This document shows, one piece after another, positions 36,001-48,531 of a stretch of 64,000 bases of DNA. The stretch's first letter is position 1; each line of letters starts with the position of its first letter. The stretch is from Eledone cirrhosa. Taxonomy: Eukaryota. The translations under genes were made by a program, and so were the position numbers. Below the pieces are notes generated by a model. That model saw nothing but the letters and a program-made list of their open reading frames with translations. It searched no databases and was not told the origin of the DNA. The stretch is taken from contig OZ024741.1 of the NCBI GenBank assembly GCA_964016885.1, positions 254,634,001 to 254,698,000 on the forward strand. Direction: 5' to 3'.

Positions 36001-39000
36001 CAACAACTACAACACTGGCACTGACAGAGAAAACAGCAACAACAACAACACTGGCACTGACAGAGAAAACAGCAACAACTACAACAACACTGGCACTGAC
36101 ACAGAAAACAGCAACAACTACAACAACACTGGCACTGACAGTGAAAACAGCAACAACTACAACAACATTGGCACTGACAGAGAAAACAGCAACAACAACA
36201 ACACTGGCACTGACACAGAAAACAGCAACAACTACAACAACACTGGCACTGACAGAGAAAACAGCAACAACTACAACAACACTGGCACTGACACAGAAAA
36301 CAGCAACAACAACAACACTGGCACTGACACAGAAAACAGCAACAACTACAACAACACTGGCACTGACAGAGAAAACAGCAACAACTACAACACTGGCACT
36401 GACAGAGAAAACAGCAACAACTACAACAACACTGGCACTGACACAGAAAACAGCAACAACTACAACAACACTGGCACTGACAGTGAAAACAGCAACAACT
36501 ACAACAACATTGGCACTGACAGAGAAAACAGCAATAACAACAACACTGGCACTGACACAGAAAACAGCAACAACTACAACAACACTGGCACTAACAGAGA
36601 AAACAGCAACAACTACAACAACACTGGCACTGACAGAGAAAACAGCAACAACTACAACAACACTGGCACTGACACAGAAAACAGCAACAACAACAACACT
36701 GGCACTGACACAGAAAACAGCAACAACTACAACAACACTGGCACTGACAGAGAAAACAGCAACAACAACAACAACACTGGCACTGACAGAGAAAACAGCA
36801 ACAACTACAACAACACTGGCACTGACAGAGAAAACAGCAACAACTACAACAACACTGGCACTGACACAGAAAACAGCAACAACTAGAACAACAGTGGCAC
36901 TGACAGAGAAAACAGCAACAACAACAACACTGGCACTGACAGAGAAAACAGCAACAACAACAACACTGGCACTGACAGAGAAAACAGCAACAACAACAAC
37001 ACCGGCACTGACACAGAAAACAGCAACAACTACAACAACACTGGCACTGACAGAGAAAACAGCAACAACTACAACAACACTGGCACTGACAGAGAAAACA
37101 ACAACAACAACAACAACACTGGCACTGACAGAGAAAACAGCAACAACAGCAACAACAACAGTGGCACTGACACAGAAAACAGCAACAACAGCAACAATAA
37201 CACTGGCACTGGCACAGAAAACAGCAACAACAACAACAACAACAACAACAAAACTGGAACTGACACAGAAATCAGCAACAGTAACAACAACAACACTGGC
37301 ACGGAAAACAGCAACAACAGCAACAACAACACTGGCACTGACACAGAAAACAGCAACAACAGCAACAACAACACTGGCACTGACACAGAAAACAGCAACA
37401 ACAGCAACAACAGTGGCACTGACACAGAAAACAGCAACAACAACAACAATAACACTGGCACTGGCACAGAAAACAGCAACAGTAACAACAACAACACTGG
37501 TACAGAAAACAGCAACAGTAACAACAACAACACTGGCACTGACACAGAAAACAGCAACAACAACAACACTGGCACTGACACAGAAAACAGCAACAACAAC
37601 AACACTGGCACTGACAGTGAAAATAGCAACAACAACAACACTGGCACTGACAGAGAAAACAGCAACAACAACAACACTGGCACTGACAGAGAAAACAACA
37701 ACAACTACAACACTGGCACTGACAGAGAAAAGAGCAACAACAACAACACTGGCACTGACAGAGAAAACAGCAACAACTGCAACAACACTGGCACTGACAC
37801 AGAAAACAGCAACAACAACAACAAAACTGGCACTGACAGAGAAAACAGCAACAACTACAACAACACTGGCACTGACAGAGAAAACAGCAACAACAACAAC
37901 ACTGGCACTGACACAAAAAACAGCAACAACTACAACAACACTGGCACTGACAGAGAAAACAGCAACAACTACAACAACACTGGCACTGACACGGAAAACA
38001 GCAACAACTACAACAACACTGGCACTGACAGAGAAAACAGCAACAACAACAACACTGGCACTGACACAGAAAACAGCAACAACTACAACAACACTGGCAC
38101 TCACAGAGAAAACAGCAACAACTACAACAACACTGGCACTGACACAGAAAACAGCAACAACTACAACAACACTGGCACTGACACAGAAAACAGCAACAAC
38201 TACAACAACACTGGCACTGACACAGAAAACAGCAACAACAACAACACTGGCACTGACACAGAAAACAGCAACAACAACAACACTGGCACTGACAGAGAAA
38301 ACAGCAACAACAACAACACTGGCACTGACAGAGAAAACAGCAACAACAACAACACCGGCACTGACACAGAAAACAGCAACAACTACAACAACACTGGCAC
38401 TGACAGAGAAAACAGCAACAACTACAACAACACTGGCACTGTCAGAGAAAACAGCAACAACAACAACACTGGCACTGACACAGAAAACAGCAACAACTAC
38501 AACACTGGCACTGACAGAGAAAACAGCAACAACTACAACAACACTGGCACTGACACAGAAAACAGCAACAACAGCAACAACAACACTGGCACTGACACAG
38601 AAAACAGCAACAACAGCAATAACAATGGCACTGACACAGAAAACAGCAACAACAACAACACTGGCACTGACAGAGAAAACAGCAACAACAACACTGGCAC
38701 TGACAGAGAAAACAGCAACAACAACAACACTGGCACTGACACAGAAAACATCAACAACAACAGTGGCACTGACACAGAAAACAGCAACAACTACAACAAC
38801 ACTGGCACTGACAGAGAAAACAGCAACAACAACAACACTGGCACTGACACAGAAAACAGCAACAACAACAACAACAACACTGGCACTGACACAGAAAACA
38901 GCAACAACTACAACAACACTGGCACTCACAGAGAAAACAGCAACAACTACAACAACACTGGCACTGACACGAGAAAACAGCAACAACAACAATTTCAACA

Positions 39001-42000
39001 ACACTGGCACTGACGGAGAAAACAGCAACAACAACAACAACACTGGCACTGACACAGAAAACAGCAACAACTACAACAACACTGGCACTGACAGAGAAAA
39101 CAGCAACAACTACAACAACACTGGCACTGACAGAGAAAACAGCAACAACTACAACAACACTGGCACTGACACAGAAAACAGCAACAACTACAACAACACT
39201 GGCACTGACACAGAAAACAGCAACAAACAACAACAACACTGGCACTGACACAGAAAACAGCAACAACAACAACACTGGCACTGACAGTGAAAATAGCAAC
39301 AACAACAACACTGGCACTGACAGAGAATACAGCAACAACTACAACACTGGCACTGACAGAGAAAACAGCAACAACAACAACACTGGCACTGACAGAGAAA
39401 ACAGCAACAACTACAACAACACTGGCACTGACACAGAAAACAGCAACATCTACAACAACACTGGCACTGACAGTGAAAACAGCAACAACTACAACAACAT
39501 TGGCACTGACAGAGAAAACAGCAACAACAACAACACTGGCACTGACACAGAAAACAACAACAACTACAACAACACTGGCACTGACAGAGAAAACAGCAAC
39601 AACTACAACAACACTGGCACTGACAGAGAAAACAGCAACAACTACAACAACACTGACACTGACACAGAAAACAGCAACAACTAAAACAACACTGGCACTG
39701 ACACAGAAAACAGCAACAACAACAACACTGGCACTGACAGAGAAAACAGCAACAACAACAACAACATTGGCACTGACAGAGAAAACAGCAACAACTACAA
39801 CAACACTGACACTGACAGAGAAAACAGCAACAACTACAACAACACTGGCACTGACACAGAAAACAGCAACAACTACAACAACACTGGCACTGACAGAGAA
39901 AACAGCAACAACTACAACAACACTGGCACTGACAGAGAAAACAGCAACAACAACAACACTGGCACTGACACAGAAAACAGCAACAACAGCAACAACAACA
40001 GTGGCACTGACACAGAAAACAGCAACAACAGCAACAATAACACTGGCACTGGCACAGAAAACAGCAACAGCAACAACAACAACAACACTGGCACTGACAC
40101 AGAAAACAGCAAGAACACTGGCACTGACACAGAAAACAGCAACAACTACAACAACACTGGCACGGAAAACAGCAACAACAGCAACAACAACACTGGCACT
40201 GACACAGAAAACAGCAACAACAGCAACAACAACACTGGCACTGACACAGAAAACAGCAACAACAGCAACAACAACAGTGGCACTGACACAGAAAACAGCA
40301 ACAACAGCAACAATAACACTGGCACTGGCACAGAAAACAGCAACAGTAACAACAACAACACTGGCACTGACACAGAAAACAGCAACAACAACAACACTGG
40401 CACTGACACAGAAAACAGCAACAACAACAACACTGGCAATGACAGTGAAAATAGTAACAACAACAACACTGGCACTGACAGAGAAAACAGCAACAACAAC
40501 AACAACACTGGCACTGACAGAGAAAACAGCAACAACTACAACACTGGCACTGACAGAGAAAACAGCATCAACAACAACAACACTGGCACTGACAGAGAAA
40601 ACAGCAACAACTACAACAACACTGGCACTGACACAGAAAACAGCAACAACTACAACAACACTGGCACTGACAGAGAAAACAGCAACAACAACAACACTGG
40701 CACTGACAGAGAAAACAGCAACAACAACAACACTGGCACTGACAGAGAAAACAGCAACAACAACAACACCGGCACTGACACAGAAAACAGCAACAACTAC
40801 AACAACACTGGCACTGACAGAGAAAACAGCAACAACTACAACAACACTGGCACTGACAGAGAAAACAGCAACAACAACAACACTGGCACTGACACAGAAA
40901 ACAGCAACAACAGCAACAACAACAGTGGCACTGACACAGAAAACAGCAACAACAGCAACAATAACACTGGCACTGGCACAGAAAACAGCAACAGCAACAA
41001 CAACAACAACACTGGAACTGACACAGAAAACAGCAACAGTAACAACAACAACACTGGCACTGACACAGAAAACAGCAAGAACACTGGCACTGACACAGAA
41101 AACAGCAACAACTACAACAACACTGGCACGGAAAACAGCAACAACAGCAACAACAACACTGGCACTGACACAGAAAACAGCAACAACAACACTGGCACTG
41201 ACACAGAAAACAGCAACAACAGCAACAACAACAGTGGCACTGACACAGAAAACAGCAACAACAGCAACAATAACACTGGCACTGGCACAGAAAACAGCAA
41301 CAGTAACAACAACAACACTGGCACTGACACAGAAAACAGCAACAGTAACAACAACAACACTGGCACTGACACAGAAAACAGCAACAACAACAACACTGGC
41401 ACTGACACAGAAAACAGCAACAACAACAACACTGGCACTGACAGTGAAAATAGCAACAACAACAACACTGGCACTGACAGAGAAAACAGCAACAACAACA
41501 ACAACACTGGCACTGACAGAGAAAACAGCAACAACTACAACACTGGCACTGACAGAGAAAACAGCAACAACAACAACAACACTGGCACTGACAGAGAAAA
41601 CAGCAACAACTACAACAACACTGGCACTGACACAGAAAACAGCAACAACTACAACAAAACTGGCACTGACAGAGAAAACAGCAACAACTACAACAACACT
41701 GGCATTGACAGAGAAAACAGCAACAACAACAACACTGGCACTGACACAAAAAACAGCAACAACTACAACAACACTGGCACTGACAGAGAAAACAGCAACA
41801 ACTACAACAACACTGGCACTGACACAGAAAACAGCAACAACTACAACAACACTGGCACTGACAGAGAAAACAGCAACAACAACAACACTGGTACTGACAC
41901 AGAAAACAGCAACAACTACAACAACACTGGCACTCACAGAGAAAACAGCAACAACTACAACAACACTGGCACTGACACAGAAAACAGCAACAACTACAAC

Positions 42001-42718
42001 AACACTGGCACTGACACAGAAAACAGCAACAACTACAACAACACTGGCACTGGCACAGAAAACAGCAACAACAACAACACTGGCACTGACACAGAAAACA
42101 GCAACAACAACAACACTGGCACTGACAGAGAAAACAGCAACAACAACAACACTGGCACTGACAGAGAAAACAGCAACAACAACAACACCGGCACTGACAC
42201 AGAAAACAGCAACAACTACAACAACACTGGCACTGACAGAGAAAACAGCAACAACTACAACAACACTGGCACTGTCAGAGAAAACAGCAACAACAACAAC
42301 ACTGGCACTGACACAGAAAACAGCAACAACTACAACACTGGCACTGACAGAGAAAACAGCAACAACTACAACAACACTGGCACTGACAGAGAAAACAGCA
42401 ACAGCAACAACACTGGCACTGACACAGAAAACAGCAACAGCAGCAACAACAACACTGGCACTGACACAGAAAACAGCAACAACAGCAATAACAATGGCAC
42501 TGACACAGAAAACAGCAACAACAACAACACTGGCACTGACAGAGAAAACAGCAACAACAACACTGGCACTGACAGAGAAAACAGCAACAACAACACTGGC
42601 ACTGACACAGAAAACAGCAACAACAACAGTGGCACTGACACAGAAAACAGCAACAACTACAACAACACTGGCACTGACAGAGAAAACAGCAACAACAACA
42701 ACACTGGCACTGACACAG
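1..42718. repeat. Large tandem satellite; unit ACTGGCACTGACA(C/G)AGAAAACAGC(AAC/TAC/AGC)3-6, mostly 33-42 bp; extends beyond the left edge
   Basis: Read directly: an uninterrupted array of a 24-bp core plus a variable triplet tract, ending abruptly at ...ggcactgacacag (42718). Confidence 0.98.
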
Positions 42719-42769
42719 TTTACTCTACATGATTATCGATCTGCTTGATCGATAATCATGTAGAGTAAA
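42719..42769. repeat. Perfect 23-bp inverted repeat (hairpin, 5-nt loop) at the satellite boundary
   Basis: tttactctacatgattatcgatc-tgctt-gatcgataatcatgtagagtaaa; the arms are exact reverse complements. Confidence 0.95.
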
Positions 42770-43404
42770 GACAAGAATAGTATTGTTAAAATTAATATAG
42801 ACTCTATATATATGTGTATATATACACATATATGTATACTTGAATTTTTATAGCACAATGAGAATGTTTTCCGTGTGAAATAGGAGTTTGCAGAGCTGAT
42901 CACGTAAATTCACATCGATGTTTATAGTTATGATATAAACATATGAATTTTTTAAAACTAGACAGATGATCATTACTTTTCACACATTATAGATACGTGT
43001 CTCATTCATGAATACTGATATTTACATTATAATGCCTGTTTTTATACGAACTAATATTTCTACATTGAAACATAGTTTTTTTAAATTCTGCCTCGCCTAT
43101 GTCTGGTTACTTTTCATTTTTCTTTTTTTTCTCTCTATATAACGGCTGTTTTCTCTCCTAACCACATATATCTCCCTTACATTAATACTAGAGCTAAATA
43201 AATAAATAAATAAATAAATGTATCATTGATACGTCATTCAACTGATGTTCAACTACCTACTTTTCTCTATCTATATCTATCTATCTCTATCTATTTCCTC
43301 TCTCTATATATCTCTCTCTGTTTCTTTACATGAAGTTCTTCTCTTTATCTATCTTTCCATCTCTCTCTATTTAGTTGCATGCATTTCTTCTTTTTCTTCG
43401 TTTT

Positions 43405-43447
<43 letters not shown>

Positions 43448-43553
43448 GTTTACAACTGTCCATAATATTTTTACTGCCAAATCAACTTTTCAAATGCAAG
43501 TCGATGTTGAAAGGTATGTCAAATCTATTTATTTATAAGACTGTCTATATTGT

Positions 43554-43617
43554 ATTTTGTCTGAAGAAGGCATAACATATTGTTAATATGATATCCCTGA
43601 AATATATATAGTGAAAT
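43554..43617 (+). ncRNA. Minimal type I hammerhead ribozyme motif (family A)
   Basis: attttgt-CTGAAGA-aggcataacatatt gtt aatatgatatccct-GAAA-tatata-TA-gtgaaat. Palindromic stem III; stem I is weak (G-U rich) in this copy. Confidence 0.6.
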
Positions 43618-43745
43618 AAATATGGTTTTATAAATATAATTTCCATTTATTTAATATCGTAAATATACTCCAAATACTTGTTGAGTGCTTTTATATCAGT
43701 TATAAATATTTACTCGTTGTAACCCAACAATTTAAATATAACTTT

Positions 43746-43808
<63 letters not shown>

Positions 43809-43943
43809 AAAGTTCTATTTAAGATTGTTGGGTTACAACGAGTAAATATTTTATAACTGATATAAAAGCACTCAACAGTTTCTGGAGTAGGTTTACGATA
43901 TTAAACAAATGGAAACTATATTTATATTTATAAAACCATATTT

Positions 43944-44007
43944 ATTTCGTTATATATATTTCTGGGATATCATATTAAAAATATGTTATGCCTTCCTCAG
44001 ACAAAAT
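43944..44007 (-). ncRNA. Minimal type I hammerhead ribozyme motif (family A, second copy)
   Basis: Reverse complement reads attttgt-CTGAGGA-aggcataacatat...atatgatatccca-GAAA-tatata-TA-acgaaat; 7-bp stem I. Confidence 0.65.
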
Positions 44008-44426
44008 ACAATACATAAGCTGTTTTATAAATAATTAGTGACATACCTTGTGATAATGCAACTTCCTTTTAAAAAGTTGATTTGGTATATATATATATAT
44101 ATATATAGTATTAGTTATACTATTTATGGTTATGTAAACACAAAACCTTAAGCAGTTGTAAGTATTTTACACACACCCTAAATAGTGGTAGGCAGTAATG
44201 TATTACTACCTTATTACCAGTAAGTTAAGTAGCTCAATGTAAAAACATCAGATGATTTACAGATGAACAAACAAAATCACAATGGGATGCAAACCCTCTA
44301 AATACCACTGTAGCAAGCAACAATAGCAACGGCAGTAACAATAGAAATAACACTAGTATAAGTAATAACACCAGGGTTGCCAACCCGAACACCCAAAATC
44401 CTATATCCACCACACAGACTTCCGCA

Positions 44427-44891
44427 TTGCATTATAACCAGCGGACTAACGCACAGAATAATTGTAACTGTAGAGCTAATAGAACCTGCCCTTTAGATAA
44501 AAAATGCCTAACCAAGGATGTCATATACTCATGCACAGTCACGACTAATAACTCTTCAGAAACCTATGTAGGCTCCACTTCTAACTGCTTCAAAATCAGA
44601 TATAACTCGCACATCCACTCGTTCAAAAAGCACAGCCTAGCCAACTCCACCTCACTTTCTAGCTACATACACTATCTAAAATCTAAAAATAAACCATACA
44701 CACTCAAATGGGAAGTGATAGGCAGCGCGACCACGTACAAACCACCTAATAAATTCTGTAACCTCTGTATACTAGAGACACACAATATTATCTTCTCCAA
44801 CCGTAACCTACTTAACAAAAAATCTGAGGTGTTTGCAACTTGCCAGCACCGCCTCAGACATTCCTTCCAAAACTTTAAGCCCTATATATAG
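44427..44891 (+). pseudogene. C-terminal GIY-YIG endonuclease domain of a Penelope-like retroelement (RT part absent)
   Basis: CNC..CPL..C, VIY...YVG, RYNSH, CNLCILE, LLNKKSE...CQH: GIY-YIG catalytic motifs with the Cys/His pattern seen in PLE endonucleases. Confidence 0.85.
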
Positions 44892-46334
44892 CAATGTCGG
44901 ACTGGAACCTAACACCACATCTAGCATCAAACACCAGAGACACACCCTATACTACATACCCAACACTAGCTGATCCATTATAACACAAACAACGACATCC
45001 CTCTGGAACCCTTCGCAGGGAAAATACCCATTTATACCTCTACGGCAGGTGTGACAACATCCACCCACTTGGACGGCACTACACCGCTCTAAGGGTAATT
45101 TGAGCATGAATTGATCGGTTGGATGGTGTTGGGCAGAGGAAACACCTTCCTTAGACAGATGTAAAATGATTTAATCGAGTAGCGCTGTTGACCAGTAGGA
45201 CCGGGCTGCTGAGCGCAGTGAGTGAATGCAATGCAACTGCCGTGCGGGTTGTACGTATATGGATGATCTGACGGTCAGAGAGGGGTCGCGAGGACTGCGG
45301 ATTGACCTTTGGCCTGCCTGGGGACGATTATCTTTCGACATCCAATGTAGCAAGCGATGACCCAGATCTTACCAGAGATCATTGGGTCCTGAAGCAATCC
45401 TGCAATCACCGCGCCTGGTCATATGAGCAGACTACAACCACAGAGATCATTAATTTAGAATCCTCGCTCATCATCTATAATTTCCATTTGTAGCACCTTA
45501 AGATGGGTTAATCCACCTTAATAATAATATGATCACCTTCAGCATAATTTAGTTAAACTACTCTATAGTTAGTACACTTTATGCTTTAAAAGTCTCTCTT
45601 GGAAGGTGCACCTCACCATAGAATTTAGGGTCTATATTGGGACACATTTTAATGGCTAGATATAGAAACCCCAGAGTTACCTCCCCGCATGCATTAACTC
45701 CCCTTAGCCACACACACACTTCCGGTATTCAATGGCGTTTCTCGAAACGTAACAACCTCCTGTATCGAACTAAAGAACACCAGACTACGATCTCTAACTG
45801 GATTGTCGTGGATTATGTGAAAGGCATATAATCGAAATATACACTCCCTTGACCATGAAAATGCCGAAGTACATGAATTACTTGACATCCCTGCGCTGTG
45901 CATCTCCAATACTTATAACACTTTTAATGCTTGCACTATCTTTAATGCTTATAATATTTCTCCACACACAGACTATATCAATCATATAAAGACTTTGCCA
46001 CCAGATCTACCAACCTAACACTCTTATTTACCTACCTAAGTGCCTCTACCACACATATCTCTCTGCCACACTATATAAACAAGACGCACATGCGTGCCAC
46101 ACATATAACATTTGCACTATATAACCACTTATCTTCATGTTGTACTTTAACCTATATCTTTGATTTTTGATTGTACCTATTAATATAAATGTAATCTCGA
46201 AGTGTGTACTGCCACTCTAAATTCTGTAATGAATGTTGACCCACAATGTTTGAATATGTATCAATGTTTGAATATGTATTGGTATGTCTCTCGGCTGAAA
46301 AGGAGGTCATATAACTGTCCATGCATTAATAAAT

Positions 46335-46381
46335 TGCTCCGAAGAATCCAAACCTCGGTTTGGAGGAAACAGCTGTAAGCA
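46335..46381 (+). ncRNA. Minimal type I hammerhead motif (family B) with a CCGAAGA core variant
   Basis: tgct-CCGAAGA-a-tccaaacc tc ggtttgga-g-GAAAC-agct-GTA-agca: stem I tgct/agca, 8-bp stem II, palindromic acagctgt stem III. Confidence 0.7.
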
Positions 46382-46412
46382 CAATAATGTTTTGAACAGT
46401 TCTTTGATTCTT

Positions 46413-46551
<139 letters not shown>

Positions 46552-46689
46552 ATATATATATATATATATCTTTACTTCGGCCCTTGAAAAAATTGATTCC
46601 ACTTCATTCACTCTCAACTCGGGAACAGTTTTGGATAGCGCTAGTTCGTAATTTAAATTCAAGAATTTTATATTCTTCGAATGAAAAGA

Positions 46690-46772
46690 ACCTTCTGACG
46701 AGAATCTTTCTTTGCAACGAAGGCCGTATGGCCTCCGTTTATTTTTGGGATTCGAAACCGATCGGTAAAGGT
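46690..46772 (+). ncRNA. Type I hammerhead ribozyme (family C, copy 1); predicted cleavage after GUA at 46767
   Basis: acctt-CTGACGA-gaatctt...gggattc-GAAAC-cgatcg-GTA-aaggt: canonical core, stem I acctt/aaggt, palindromic accgatcggt stem III. Confidence 0.9.
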
Positions 46773-47173
46773 AACTATAGTAGGTAAAGTCAATTTTTTT
46801 AAATTTATTTTGAAACTTTTTCATTATTTGCTAAACCTTGTTTATATATGTTCTGGCTCGTTAATTTATTAACCTGCCATTGAACCACATTGGCATTTGG
46901 TTGGACAATACATGCGTCCCTTAGCGCCTTGTGCGTGAAGGAACACATATCCTATTATTACTATTCTCCTCTATTGTTGAGAAGCAAATATGGTCGTTCC
47001 GACTGCTGCTAGTGATAGTTGCGGCCGGTTGACCTACCTCCCTCTGCCTCTATCTTTACTTCGGCCCTTGAAAAAATTGATTCCACTTCATTCACTCTCA
47101 TCTCGGGAACAGTTTTGGATAGCGCTAGTTCGTAATTTAAATTCAAGAATTTTATATTCTTCGAATGAAAAGA

Positions 47174-47256
47174 ACCTTCTGACGAGAATCTTTCTTTGCA
47201 ACGAAGGCCGTATGGCCTCCGTTTATTTTGGGGATTCGAAACCGATCGGTAAAGGT
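47174..47256 (+). ncRNA. Type I hammerhead ribozyme (family C, copy 2); predicted cleavage after GUA at 47251
   Basis: Same fold as 46690-46772, with an intact core. Confidence 0.9.
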
Positions 47257-47364
47257 AACTATAGTAGGTAAAGTCAATTTTTTAAAGTTTATTTTGAAAC
47301 TTTTTCATTATTTGCTAAACCTTGTTTATATATATATATATATATATATACATAATATATATAT

Positions 47365-47404
<40 letters not shown>

Positions 47405-47535
47405 ATACTTTTGGAGGGTCATGTTGCCAATAAAAAAACACATGCACCAGTTGCTTTCACTTCAATTTATTATAATAAATTTATTAATTTCCGGTTGGTT
47501 GGTTGGTTCCACAACCAGATGGTTGTTTATATATT

Positions 47536-47578
47536 GTCAAAGTTCTTTCGTCACACATTCTGTAACCTCTTCAGTGGC
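47536..47578 (-). ncRNA. Hammerhead motif family D (mutated copy)
   Basis: Reverse complement of the 47684-47726 motif, with single changes in stems I and II. Confidence 0.6.
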
Positions 47579-47683
47579 TGGGGATTCTTTTCTTTGTTTT
47601 TGTGCCTCTCCTTTGTTCTGTCCTACGCCATCTTGTTTGGACAGAACAAAGGAGAGGCACAAAAACAAAGAAAATAATCCCCA

Positions 47684-47726
47684 GTCACTGAAGAGGTCAC
47701 AGAATGTGTGACGAAAGAACTTTGAC
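47684..47726 (+). ncRNA. Minimal type I hammerhead motif (family D) in a Penelope pseudo-LTR
   Basis: gtca-CTGAAGA-g-gtcaca gaatg tgtgac-GAAA-gaac-TT-tgac: stem I gtca/tgac, 6-bp stem II, 2-bp stem III. Confidence 0.75.
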
Positions 47727-47978
47727 AATATATAAACAGCCATCTGGTTGTGGAACCAACCAACCAACCAACCGGAAATTTATAAATTCCTAAATTTATA
47801 AATTTATTATAATAAATTGAAGTGAAATCAACTGGTGCGTGTGTTTCTTATTGGCAACATGACCCTCCCAAAGTATAACAATATCGGTTTCAACACACGT
47901 TTTCAGATAAAGAATCTTGCTAAACAAATTCAAAAACGAAATATATATATATAATATAATATATATATATAATATAAT

Positions 47979-48045
<67 letters not shown>

Positions 48046-48093
48046 ATATAATATATATAATATATATCTTATATATAATATATATATATATAA

Positions 48094-48270
48094 TTGTTTC
48101 TACTTTTTGGCAAGGCCAGCAAAATACCCAGTGCATTACTGGTACTTTATTTTATCGATCCCGTAAGGATGAAAGGCAAAGTTAACCTCGGCGAGATTCG
48201 AACTCAGAATGGCAAGGGCCGTAACTCTATGCGTCAAAGCATAGCATCCGACCCTCTACCGATACTGCCT
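48094..48270 (-). mobile_element. tRNA-headed SINE
   Basis: Minus strand reads ggcagtatcggtagag (A-box-like) ... gagttcgaatctc (B-box), then gcctttcatcc...tcgataaaataaagtacc. Homologous copies at 56219 and 61755. Confidence 0.75.
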
Positions 48271-48386
<116 letters not shown>

Positions 48387-48531
48387 TGAGTATATGTTGG
48401 TTGTATACCAACACCTCAGTATGCAGATTGGAGCACTCGACGAAGTGCGCAGGTTGGTTTGGTTACTCCGGAGTAATGTAAAATAAAATAAAATAAATAA
48501 GTCAAATGTTTAAAATTTAGCTTCGTTTATT

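Larger units (their letters stand above)
43477..44085. mobile_element. Two diverged ~270-bp hammerhead-bearing non-coding units in inverted orientation around a (TA)n tract
   Basis: 43477-43748 and 43806-44085 are imperfect reverse complements (e.g. ctcgttgtaacccaacaat / attgttgggttacaacgag), with (TA)n at 43748-43805. Confidence 0.85.
46567..47333 (+). mobile_element. Non-coding retrozyme-like element: ~283-bp direct repeats 484 bp apart, each with a hammerhead, inserted in (TA)n
   Basis: 46567-46849 is nearly identical to 47051-47333, with a ~200-bp unique spacer and TA tracts on both flanks. Confidence 0.85.
47398..47940. mobile_element. Fold-back mini-element made of two inverted 3' ends (pseudo-LTRs) of the Penelope element at 50664-54070, plus a ~55-bp tail
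   Basis: 47398-~47623 matches 50664-~50900 and is mirrored at ~47639-47884; the tail cggtttcaacacacg...aaacgaa follows; TA on both sides. Confidence 0.9.

Noticed and set aside
1-42718. CRISPR-like array (constant 24-bp core with variable intervening sequence)
   Set aside because: The intervening sequences are only 9-18 bp AAC triplet runs, not unique spacers; eukaryotic context and no cas genes.
1-42718. In-frame TGA in every unit of the third plus frame as selenocysteine recoding
   Set aside because: This follows trivially from cac-tga in the repeat core; there is no SECIS evidence or protein homology.
63-42748. Giant ORFs of 1000-5000 aa (Thr-rich, Asn-rich, Val-rich, Cys-rich) as real genes
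   Set aside because: They are translations of a triplet-phased satellite, open in several frames on both strands, with no unique domain; stops and frameshifts are scattered and duplicated.
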